Below are positions 7,260 to 15,989 of a stretch of DNA of 23,595 nucleotides, one piece after another. The DNA is from Fimbriimonadales bacterium (GTDB taxonomy: Bacteria > Armatimonadota > Fimbriimonadia > Fimbriimonadales > ATM1). The stretch is from positions 1 to 23,595 of the forward strand of contig JBPCLO010000014.1 in the NCBI GenBank assembly GCA_051003155.1, given 5' to 3'. Position 1 is the first letter of the stretch; each line of letters opens with the position of its first letter. The notes under the pieces were generated by a model. That model had not been told where the DNA came from. It did not search any database and saw nothing but the letters and a program-made list of their open reading frames with translations. The position numbers and the translations under genes were made by a program.

Positions 7260-10200
7260 CGCTTGACTTCCAAGGCTTGCTCCCCCGTCGACGCGCGGAC
7301 GTCGGGATCGTACATGTTGCTCAACGTCGTGGGCATCGCCCGCGCCAAGCCCGGGAGCTCGGCTCGCATCGTGTATTCGATGGTGCTGACGCCCGGCGGC
7401 AGCCGCCGCGCGAAGAATACGATCTTGTCGTCGCGAATGTCGGTTCGCGACCACCATCGGTCCCATGCGTCGTCAGGGTTCTCGCGCTCCGTGATTTCAC
7501 AGCCGGAGGGCACCGGGTCCTCGATCATCATGAACTCGCGCTCCTTGTCACTGTTGATCCTGAGGATTACGCGGACGAGGTCGCCTGCATCGATCTCGCC
7601 GATCGTGTCCTTGGAGGGCAGCAGGCGCATGGTGCCGTCGTCGAGGCGGCGGGCTTGGAGCCGGTGGTAGGCCCGCTCTACTCGCAAGTCCTCGCCGGTG
7701 AGCGTCTGCGCGAGTCTGCCGGTGTTTACTACTTGGCGCGACTCGATCGAGTAGTAACAGTTGCCCTGACCCGTGATTCTGATGTCGATGCGGTTGTCGC
7801 CTGCGCGAAGGGCGGTAAACGGTACGTCGACCTTCAGATTATTCGCGACGTTCGCCGGCGTAACCAGGATCGATTTGAACGGATTGCCGTCCAGGAGCAA
7901 GTCTAGCGTATAGCTCGGCGCGGCCTCCTCATTGGCCGTCATGTACTTGGCTAGGGCGAGGAGAACGAACGACGTATCTCGCGTACTGAACCAGTGGTCG
8001 CCGCGCCGCTGGAGCATGAGCCAACGTATCGCCTTGGGCAGAATTTGGTGCTGCGGGTTCGACGTGGCGATTGCGAGGACGGCCTGTGCGGAGGTTTCGA
8101 CGCCGTACCAACTTTCCTTCCACGAAGCGCGCGACGGGCCTACCTCCGCCATCTGGGCGAGCCTGGAGACAGCGGTCTGCTCTTCAGACGCGAATTCCTC
8201 ACCCAGGGTGTTATAGGTAATGACGAGTGGGATCAGGAGCTGCGGTGTGAACGCCTTGCCCAGGTCCACCTGGCGCACTTTATTGGCGCAGAAATCGGTC
8301 TGGCCATTGAGTGCAAGGGCGCGGATGAGGTGCAGGCTGTCCGCGTCCGGCTCGCCGAGCATCTTCGTGCGCTCGAGTTCGTTTAGCGTGTTCTTTGCCC
8401 ATTCGATGGCGTTCTCCCTCGAGAACTTCGGGGGCGCAAAGCCGGCCTTAGCCGCTCGGTAGTAGCCTTCCAGGACGTAGGCCGTCATCCAGGGATCAGA
8501 CTCGTCATACTCCCACCAGCCCCAGCCGCCGTCGTTGTGTTGCATCGCACGGAGCTTTAGGAAGCCTTTCTCGATCATGTCGGGTAGTTGGGCTTGAAGG
8601 ACAGGTTGGGGGATACCAAGTTGCTTCAGAGTCGATGAGACCACGACGCTCGGCAGAAACCGGCTCATCGTCTGCTCGGTGCAGCCGTACGGGTAGCCGA
8701 CCAGGTATTCGAGTGAACCCAGCAGTGAGGAGCCGAGGCTCGGGGCGAGGTTCACCGTGAGGTTTCCAGTCCCGGGCACGTAGCCTTGATGGACACTTAG
8801 GTGCACCGTCCCATCCGAGCGCACATCGCCGGTGTAGTTCGCGACCACCTCTCGCCCATAAGGCTCGATTGGTATCGTGCGACGCTCGGCGTCACTCCCT
8901 CCGGTTCGGGCGCTCGCTTGTGCGGTGATGACGGCAGAGCCTACCTGCGGCGCTCGGACGAACCATGTGACGGTTTCCGGCGCATCTGTACCGACGCTAA
9001 CCGATTGCCTGATATCCCCTTCGGTCAGAATACCCTGCGCTGCGAGTGCCACAGTAATCTCTTGGCGAGCACCGGTGTTGTTGTGTACCATTGCAGATAT
9101 CTCCACATGGTCGCCCTGGGTGAAGAAACGTGGAGCTTGCAGGCGCACCATCACGGGTTTGCGCGCGACGACGTTGGAGGTCACCTTGCCGACCCGGGAA
9201 TCGCTCGTAATGCCCGTAGCCGTCGCTCGCCAAGACGTAACGTTGTCCGGCAAGTCTACGGAGACGGTCGCCTCGCCCTGGGCGTTCGTGATTACGGACG
9301 GGCGCCACATTGCTGTATCCAGAAAGCGCTCGCGCACCTCGCCGGCGACGACGTCCTTGTCACCGTCTCCGAGATAGATCTCAGGGAAGGAGTAGTACGT
9401 TTCGACCGCATTGCGCCTCTTCGGATAAAAATGCTTTACGATATCGGCGTCGTCTTCCCGGATGGCGTAAATCGATTCATCCACGACACCGAAAGAGAGC
9501 TCGGCGGGGACCGGCCGACCCTGCCCGTCTTTCGTGGATATCCGATAGGTTGCCCTTTCTTTCGGTTTATAAACGGGTTTGTCGGCTTCGACAGATATCT
9601 TCAGCAACTTCTGCGATAAATCGACGGAAAGCCGTTTGCTGTTTTCGTAGAATTTCTTCTTCGAAACAAATGCAACATTTACATAAGTGTTCGGCGCGTA
9701 ACTGGGCCTTATCGGAAGCTCGATGAGCGCGGAACCTTTTGACAGGGAAACTAGCTTCGAGAATTCGATGTCTCCGCCTTCAACCGTCAATAGCGCAGAT
9801 GCGTCATCGGCTTGCGAATTGATCAGAACCTGCGCTTTCTCGCCGACCTTGTATTGCTTCTTGTCAAGAACGAGCGATACTTTGCCAGGCTGGGAGGAGA
9901 AATCGAATCCGGATGAGTCGGTGACGTAGATGTATTGCCTCGCTTCAATTTCATTGCTTCGATGGTCCTTTGCAACCGATTTAATGATAAATGACCCCGC
10001 TTGAGGCGCCGTAACAGGAAGGGTTACGATTCCCGCCTGGTTCGTTCTCAGCGTCTTCTCGCCCGAGGGAGCAAAAGTGCTGTTATTGCGGTCCCAGGTC
10101 TCATAACCGTATACGATTCTGACCAAAGCATTGGCGATTGGGCGCTTGGCCGTGTGGCTGAGAGCGGTCACAGTAATATTTGTAGTACCCGAGGGCTGCA

Positions 10201-11941
10201 GGATGTAATCGTCCGTTTCGAGGTCGAGTGAGAATTCCCCTCGAACGATTTTGACCTTGCCTTCACCGGAGTAAAATTTCCCGCCTGCGTCGGCAACGTC
10301 AGCCGAAATGGTGTAGATATAATCGGTTTCGGGATCTTGTCCGGCGAGGTTTGTGTCGAAGGAAACCGTAGCTTCGCCCTGGCCGTTTGTTTCCGCCTCG
10401 ACCGTCTTGACCAGTTCCCCGGCGGAGTCGAACTCTTCGCCTTGATACTCCTCGGCGTATTCTTCGCTCATATAAGAGCTCCAGTCCGGAGCGCGATAGA
10501 TGTATGCCGTAACCTTTGCGCCCACAACGGGTCCGCCGAAATAATACTGGGAGTTAATAGTCGCGCGCGCAGTGTCGCCGCGCACGAAATAAGGCTCAGA
10601 ACCCTTTACTTTGACCGTATACTCGGGTTTCCGATACGCGGCGATCGGCACGCTCTTCGATTCCTCGAATCCGCCGACCTTGCACTTGATCGAATACGAG
10701 CCGGTGAGAGCTTCGGAGCTTAGCTTGAAAGAACCCCAAAAACTCCCTCGGCCGTTGGGGCTTAGCCGCTTGGTTTCGAGAAGGTTGTCGTCCGGGTCGC
10801 GGATTTCGATATCCACGGGGGTAGCCATGGGGACCGAGTAGTTGTCGGCTACGAGGCGCCTCAGGATGCATTTATACGGTATTTCGTCCCCGGGGCGATA
10901 AATCGGGCGATCGGTGTAGATAAAGGCACGTAGCCCTACCCCTTCGTCTCCTTTGTAATGAGTAAAGCCGACGATCGCCGTGGAGTTTTGCCTTGTTGCG
11001 ACAATCGCGGCGTTTGAGTCGCTGGAGAAATTGGCCGGAAGTGTGAGACGCAGCATGCCTTGGCCATCGGATTTCCCGGGTGATGTGGCGACGTCTTTTT
11101 GATGAATGGAGATTGTGGCTCCCGGGATCGGGGCTCCTGTCTGAATGTCGGTTGCATAGCAAAGGAGGTCTTGACCGGATTTTTTCGTGATCAACGCGAT
11201 GTCGGAGACGGCGACCCAGGTGCCTGACTTTAGATTGGAAGACGCGGCGCCGACCCAATAGAATCCGTTTCCGAGAGCTGGCAGCGTAATATCCTCGACA
11301 AAGGAGCCTTCGGCGTCTCTCCGGATTATCGTATGGTTCATCGACGCTTTCGGCGCGAAGACGGTTCGATCGTCGGTTTTGACGCCGTCGCTCCACCGAT
11401 ACGCCGCGCTAAGCACCGATTGCAGGCCGCCACCCTTTCTCAGTCGGTCGAGATTGATAGAATAGATTTCAAGAGCGACTCTATCATCGAAGCCAAATCC
11501 TTCGACATTGATCGTCGGCCGCTCGTGAGTCGAGAACACGTGCTGGGCCGCGTTCAGCTTTAGGTGTGGCGCGCCGGGCTGAAGCTCGAGGCCGAGGTCG
11601 GGGTTCTTCCCCTCCACGACGGTGAATTTCGTCTCCTTCATCGCGTGTGCCTTCGCGTAAGCTTCGATCGTGTAGGCTCCGGCCGGCACGTTAGCGAACC
11701 GGAATCGGCCGCCCCCTTTTGTTTGGGTCGTCTTGCTGGCAGCATGCCAATCCGGTATTTCGAATTGGGGCCTGAGGACCACGGTAACACCAAGAAGGCC
11801 CTTGCTGTTTTCGGCCATAGCCACGGCACCTTCCAGAGTGCCGAGCGGAGTTTCATCGCGCACACCTACGGCCATTAGAACGCCAACGAGCAGCAGTGCG
11901 AAGGCGCCGACGACGAAGCGGTTGTTAAGCAGGTTCTTCAT
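7256..11941 (-). CDS. Bacterial alpha-2-macroglobulin with intact thioester motif
   Basis: 1561 aa. TDRPIYRPGD (MG2), LDKKQYKVGE, VVDESIY, VRERFLDTAMW, LPDNVTSWR and YPYGCTEQT (CxEQ thioester, 8672-8683), with a C-terminal receptor-binding-like domain. N-terminal TM anchor without lipobox Cys, followed by a carboxypeptidase-regulatory-like domain. Confidence 0.95.
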   Translation of the reverse strand: MKNLLNNRFVVGAFALLLVGVLMAVGVRDETPLGTLEGAVAMAENSKGLLGVTVVLRPQFEIPDWHAASKTTQTKGGGRFRFANVPAGAYTIEAYAKAHAMKETKFTVVEGKNPDLGLELQPGAPHLKLNAAQHVFSTHERPTINVEGFGFDDRVALEIYSINLDRLRKGGGLQSVLSAAYRWSDGVKTDDRTVFAPKASMNHTIIRRDAEGSFVEDITLPALGNGFYWVGAASSNLKSGTWVAVSDIALITKKSGQDLLCYATDIQTGAPIPGATISIHQKDVATSPGKSDGQGMLRLTLPANFSSDSNAAIVATRQNSTAIVGFTHYKGDEGVGLRAFIYTDRPIYRPGDEIPYKCILRRLVADNYSVPMATPVDIEIRDPDDNLLETKRLSPNGRGSFWGSFKLSSEALTGSYSIKCKVGGFEESKSVPIAAYRKPEYTVKVKGSEPYFVRGDTARATINSQYYFGGPVVGAKVTAYIYRAPDWSSYMSEEYAEEYQGEEFDSAGELVKTVEAETNGQGEATVSFDTNLAGQDPETDYIYTISADVADAGGKFYSGEGKVKIVRGEFSLDLETDDYILQPSGTTNITVTALSHTAKRPIANALVRIVYGYETWDRNNSTFAPSGEKTLRTNQAGIVTLPVTAPQAGSFIIKSVAKDHRSNEIEARQYIYVTDSSGFDFSSQPGKVSLVLDKKQYKVGEKAQVLINSQADDASALLTVEGGDIEFSKLVSLSKGSALIELPIRPSYAPNTYVNVAFVSKKKFYENSKRLSVDLSQKLLKISVEADKPVYKPKERATYRISTKDGQGRPVPAELSFGVVDESIYAIREDDADIVKHFYPKRRNAVETYYSFPEIYLGDGDKDVVAGEVRERFLDTAMWRPSVITNAQGEATVSVDLPDNVTSWRATATGITSDSRVGKVTSNVVARKPVMVRLQAPRFFTQGDHVEISAMVHNNTGARQEITVALAAQGILTEGDIRQSVSVGTDAPETVTWFVRAPQVGSAVITAQASARTGGSDAERRTIPIEPYGREVVANYTGDVRSDGTVHLSVHQGYVPGTGNLTVNLAPSLGSSLLGSLEYLVGYPYGCTEQTMSRFLPSVVVSSTLKQLGIPQPVLQAQLPDMIEKGFLKLRAMQHNDGGWGWWEYDESDPWMTAYVLEGYYRAAKAGFAPPKFSRENAIEWAKNTLNELERTKMLGEPDADSLHLIRALALNGQTDFCANKVRQVDLGKAFTPQLLIPLVITYNTLGEEFASEEQTAVSRLAQMAEVGPSRASWKESWYGVETSAQAVLAIATSNPQHQILPKAIRWLMLQRRGDHWFSTRDTSFVLLALAKYMTANEEAAPSYTLDLLLDGNPFKSILVTPANVANNLKVDVPFTALRAGDNRIDIRITGQGNCYYSIESRQVVNTGRLAQTLTGEDLRVERAYHRLQARRLDDGTMRLLPSKDTIGEIDAGDLVRVILRINSDKEREFMMIEDPVPSGCEITERENPDDAWDRWWSRTDIRDDKIVFFARRLPPGVSTIEYTMRAELPGLARAMPTTLSNMYDPDVRASTGEQALEVKR

Positions 11942-13403
11942 GGGGTGTGTGTACTTTGGGTCGCCGGGTGAGCATCTCTGCGGAAACGAGAATTACGATG
12001 GACGCGGCGATCCCCCAACCGAGGAAGCGAATCTTGGCCTCTCGTTCTAGGCCCAGGTGCGGTGCGAGATATCCGAACGCAAGAATGGTGGACGAGGCCA
12101 GCCCAGCGGAGAGACTGAGCAAGCCAAGACGAAACGAGCCGCCCATACCGAGGCAGAAGACGGCGAGGCCAAGGCCCACAACGAAACCGACAACCCCACG
12201 CGAACCCAGAACAAACGGAATTGCAACGAGCAGCGCTAAGGTAATAAGGGACGCGAGGAGCGTGAGGACGAACCCTCGCATCCCCATGAAGGCCTCGCAG
12301 ATTCGCGCCCCCCAATGGCTTAGAGCGATCGGCAGTGCCGCCCCTGCCATGAGGCCCATAACCGCGTACTGCTGGCCGATGTCGATGGACCTCGACTCTG
12401 CGGGATATAGTTCGAGAAAAACGCGGTAAAACTCAATCGCGATGACGATTCCCATCGACGCAATCGCGCGCTTCGCGTCGATTAGGTACAAGATGGAAGC
12501 CGCTGCAACGGCCGCTATTCCAACGCCCACCCCCTGCAACAGCCCGAAGGCAATAGTTATCCATGCGAGCCAGATGAGTGAAGCCATCGCGAAAGTTCCA
12601 GGCTGGTGCTCACGGTCGTCTGAGAGCACCCATGCGACGCAGCCCGCAGTAATCACCGCACCGGCGACGACCAGAAAGAAATCGCCGAGGAAGAGATACT
12701 TAACCGCTATGAGCTTCGCGCCCCCGATCAACGCCAGGGCGCCGATTAGGCCGACCCAAAAAACCGAAAGGCCCGCTTCACCGCGCTGGCGGTCGGCGAA
12801 CTGGCGCCAAAGGGTAGCCAGGGCAAACGCAATGACCGCGACGATGCCGATGAGAATGGGGACCAAGGCCGCGCGCTCCACATTTTCCCTAAACGACCCG
12901 ATCACCGAAGCGGCCGCCAGGGCACCTGCGTAAATCGTTGTCAAGCCAGGCCAAGAAGAACGGTCCGGCGCTCCAACGCGCACGAGCGTAGCGGCAAGAC
13001 TGGCACCCATAATCAGGCCGAGCTGGAGATCGACCCGCCACGCTTTTTCGGCGAAGAGAGTAGCGCCGACCGCGGCAGTTGCAAGGCCGATAGGTACGAT
13101 TCCAAGATGGTTCGGCCCGTCGAGCGGACGCTCGGAGATATGCGCGATAAGCACAGCCAATGCCCCGATGGCGAAGCCGACTCCGATCGCGGGCGTTTTG
13201 GCCAAGAACCATGCGGCTCCAATAGCAAGGCCGGCCAGAACGAGCACGCCGACCAATGTCGGTCGCATGGCTTGAAGTTCTGTCCAAAATGGTGTCGGCG
13301 CCCCCGCGACCGGTTTACGTGCTTCGGACGACTCCAGCCACCAATCGATGGCCAGAGCGAATGGGCCCGCGAGCAATGCGGCCCAAGGCAAAAATGTGTC
13401 CAT
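11925..13403 (-). CDS. Polytopic membrane protein (~16 TM) resembling a membrane pyrophosphatase scaffold without catalytic loops
   Basis: Strong SD (GAGGAG). 492 aa, almost entirely hydrophobic helices with short loops. The 3' end overlaps the A2M start by 17 nt. The CDS is secure; the mPPase relationship is by-eye alignment only. Confidence 0.75.
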   Translation of the reverse strand: MDTFLPWAALLAGPFALAIDWWLESSEARKPVAGAPTPFWTELQAMRPTLVGVLVLAGLAIGAAWFLAKTPAIGVGFAIGALAVLIAHISERPLDGPNHLGIVPIGLATAAVGATLFAEKAWRVDLQLGLIMGASLAATLVRVGAPDRSSWPGLTTIYAGALAAASVIGSFRENVERAALVPILIGIVAVIAFALATLWRQFADRQRGEAGLSVFWVGLIGALALIGGAKLIAVKYLFLGDFFLVVAGAVITAGCVAWVLSDDREHQPGTFAMASLIWLAWITIAFGLLQGVGVGIAAVAAASILYLIDAKRAIASMGIVIAIEFYRVFLELYPAESRSIDIGQQYAVMGLMAGAALPIALSHWGARICEAFMGMRGFVLTLLASLITLALLVAIPFVLGSRGVVGFVVGLGLAVFCLGMGGSFRLGLLSLSAGLASSTILAFGYLAPHLGLEREAKIRFLGWGIAASIVILVSAEMLTRRPKVHTPHEEPA

Positions 13404-13586
13404 ATTCTCCTCTCCCTAGGTTAGACGCACCCTCGTCATGTCCTCGTTCACTGCATTGCGAATGCAAAGTCGAAAGTAATCGTGTGAACTGATGTATCTA
13501 AGACGCAGGGAAACAGAAGAGCGACGCGCAACAAGGAAAGCGCCGCTCCTCGACGCGTAAATTAAGACAAGGAGGTGTCTTCTCAC

Positions 13587-13877
13587 ATGAAGACCATCAT
13601 TAAGTTAGTCGCCGGCGCTTTTTTCACGGGCGACCTCGATGACCTCGATCCAGGCTTTTTGGTCGGGCTCGACTAATACTTGGTGAAGAACTACAACTCG
13701 CATACTATGCAGTTCGTGGGCGGGCGCGGCTGGTTTGCCGATCAGGCGAGCGCGTACGGAGCGGTGGGATATGAGTTTAACCCGAATATGGGCGCCGAAG
13801 TCGGCTTCCAAATCGCTCCCGAAACGGGCAGCGTCGATAACCACTCTTTCTACGCGGCCGTCGCGTTCAGAATGTAG
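13587..13877 (+). pseudogene. Remnant of a small outer-membrane beta-barrel gene (in-frame TAA, probable internal deletions)
   Basis: Perfect SD AAGGAGGT then ATG 13587. It reads MKTIIKLVAGAFFTGDLDDLDPGFLVGLD*YLVKNY...AVGYEFNPNMGAEVGFQ...SFYAAVAFRM*, with the stop at 13674-13676. Beta-strand periodicity and a barrel-like terminal strand. Confidence 0.6.
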
Positions 13878-13897
13878 CGCCCGGCCGAGAGAGTCGA

Positions 13898-13960
13898 TGC
13901 CCCTGAGATTGGACGCGGATCAGCGAGAGATGGAAACTCGATGTCCCAACCTCAGGGGCA
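13898..13960. repeat. Imperfect inverted repeat / hairpin (REP-like or terminator)
   Basis: Arms tgcccctgagattggac (13898-13914) and gtcccaacctcaggggca (13943-13960); the outer 10 bp are perfectly complementary. Confidence 0.7.
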
Positions 13961-13992
13961 CACCGCGTCACCCGGGCTGACGGTCATTACTC

Positions 13993-14029
13993 GTCATTCC
14001 GACCGGAGCGGAGCGAGGTGGAGGAATCT
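13993..14029 (+). repeat. REP-like element GTCATTCCGACCGGAGCGGAGCGAGGTGGAGGAATCT
   Basis: Resembles the widespread GTCAT(T/C)C(C/T)GA...GAGCG.AGCG...GAATCT class of extragenic repeats (from recall). ATTCC/GGAAT stem. Single copy in this window. Confidence 0.5.
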
Positions 14030-14130
14030 CTTTCCTGGCACTCCGGGCACCGAAAGCGTTTCCGGGTCGAGGGCGGTAGCGTCTCCTCCTCCATGAGGCC
14101 CATTTTGCTGAAACGGGGTACTGTGGATGT

Positions 14131-14881
14131 GTGAGGCAGAACTTAGGCAGGCGCAGCAGTAAGACGTTTACCATAGCGTTGACCTTGCTGTTTGTTGACT
14201 CTGCGCTAAGTCAGGGCTTCAATATCGATCTCGACCAGCCCGGACCACCGTACATTGGCGGTGGTTCGCCAAGCTCCTCATTCGGCGCCGCTGCGGGACA
14301 GCGTGGCTTCTGGAATCGGTTGAGCTTTGCCTCGGGACCGTTCGCGCTCGAGAACCTGGAAGGCGATGATACTGCGGCGACGATGACGGTGACGAGTAAG
14401 AGAGGTGACTTTTTTGGAGGCGGCTTCTACTTCGAGGGTAACACCGGCGATCACGCCCTACTCCTAAATGAGGGCGAGCGTCGGCACCGTTGTGCAGGGC
14501 GGCGGACTCGCCTATTATTTCCGAGGGCTCGTGCCCGGGGCATATCAAGTTTTTACGTATGCCGTAAATATCACGGGAAGCGCCATTGACACTCCGGTAA
14601 CCATTCCCGAAGCGAATGAACCGACCGTCCAAATCGTCACCGGCCCGATGCCTGGGAATGACTTCGAATACTTACTGACTCATAGCATCCATCAGCTTAA
14701 CGTACCGTTCGATGGCGGGTTTACGATAGTTTTCGAACAGCCACCTGGTAAACATACGAATCAAAACGTGAATGGCTTTCAAATCGTCCCAATCCCTGAA
14801 CCTGGGACCGCCTCCGTCCTCTCGGCAGCGCTTTTCGTCTTTATCCTACGGCGAAATGTATTAAGTCCTCGGAAAGACTAA
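14131..14881 (+). pseudogene. PEP-CTERM protein, tandem paralog 1, one frameshift
   Basis: GTG start and signal peptide (SALS-Q). QGFNIDLD...SSSFGAAAGQRGFWN...GNTGDHALLLN, then a shift at ~14470 into ASVGTVVQ...VTGPMPGNDF...VNGFQIVPIPEPGTASVLSAALFVFILRR. Confidence 0.85.
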
Positions 14882-14964
14882 TGTCTCGATCCGCCGTTTC
14901 GATCCGATTAGCGGCTCATGCGTCAGCCCCTGTGCGTTTTGAGGGAATGGGTAATAGTGGATCT

Positions 14965-15735
14965 GTGAGGCAGAACTTAGGCAGGCGCAGTAGCAGGACG
15001 TTTACTATTGCGTTTACCTTGCTGCTTGTCGAATCTGCGCTAAGTCAGGGCTTCAATATCGACATCGATATCTTCACCGGCCCGCCGTATACCGGCAACG
15101 GCGCCCCGAGTTCATCCTTCGGCGCGGCTGCCGGGCAGGTAGGGTACTGGAACCGACACAGCTGCTGGTGGAACGCAATCGTTGCGGGACCTAAACGGGC
15201 ACGAGACAGCGGCCAGCGTGACTGTCACAACCAGCGGCGAAAGCTTTCATGGTGGTGGCCAGTTTTTCGAAGGGAACACCGGTGATCATGCTCTGTTACT
15301 GAACGACGGCACCGCCGTTGGCACGATCATCGAGGGCGGCGGATTGACGTATGCTTTCGACGATGTGGGTCCGGGCACATACAATGTGTTTACATTGCCG
15401 TAAATATAGGAGGGGTGGCTGTTGACACCCCTGTTTATGTTCCGGAAGCCCAGGAGCCAAGAATCCAAATTGTCACCGGCCCGATGCCGGGAAACGCTTT
15501 CGAATACCTTGTGACGCATTCCATCCACCGCGTGTCGATAGATGGCTCAGGCTTACGAATCATATTCGAGCAGCCGCCTGGGGAGAAGACAACACAATGG
15601 GTAAACGGATTTCAAATAGTGCCGGTACCTGAAGCGCATACCGGGTTCTTTCTTGGAACGGTGATGCTCGGCATGATCGCCAGATCGTGGTGGCGTCCGC
15701 AGCCGCCCTCAAACGGACCGAATTCAGAATCATAA
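14965..15735 (+). pseudogene. PEP-CTERM protein, tandem paralog 2, two frameshifts
   Basis: First 26 nt identical to paralog 1 (gtgaggcagaacttaggcaggcgcag). Colinear with it across three ORF pieces, with shifts at ~15157 and 15395 (tat->tt). Degenerate VPVPEA sorting motif followed by a TM segment. Confidence 0.85.
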
Positions 15736-15742
15736 GGAGAAC

Positions 15743-15983
15743 ATGAATATGAGCAAGAGACTTGGAATCATCGCCGGTTGCGCGTTAGCGTGTTCCGCGC
15801 AACGCCAATAATGTCTATGTAACAGGCGAATCTCAGGGCATCGAAGGCGTTGGCGGCGCTTACGACTTCGCTACCGTCAAATACGATACGAGTGGTAACC
15901 CTGTTTGGGAAAGGCGCTTAAACCACTCCGACTATCCTTGGTTCGCGCGGGTAGATTTCGCCGGCTGGCACGTGTTGCAATAG
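15743..15983 (+). pseudogene. Remnant of a secreted SBBP-type beta-propeller repeat protein
   Basis: SD AAGGAG and ATG 15743 give a signal-peptide start MNMSKRLGIIAGCALACSA. It is joined out of frame at ~15800 to NNVYVTGESQG...YDFATVKYDTSGNPVWERR, a single SBBP-like repeat. Confidence 0.65.
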
Positions 15984-15989
15984 GCCATG

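Noticed and set aside
2717..13676. TAA recoding, suggested by open frames continuing after TAA at 2717 and 13674
   Set aside because: TAA terminates several normal genes here (1398, 19745, 22757). Both cases are explained by an insertion boundary and a pseudogene.
14131..15735. Diversity-generating retroelement TR/VR pair or CRISPR array
   Set aside because: Paralog differences are not adenine-specific and span whole genes. There is no reverse transcriptase, and no regularly spaced repeats anywhere in the window.
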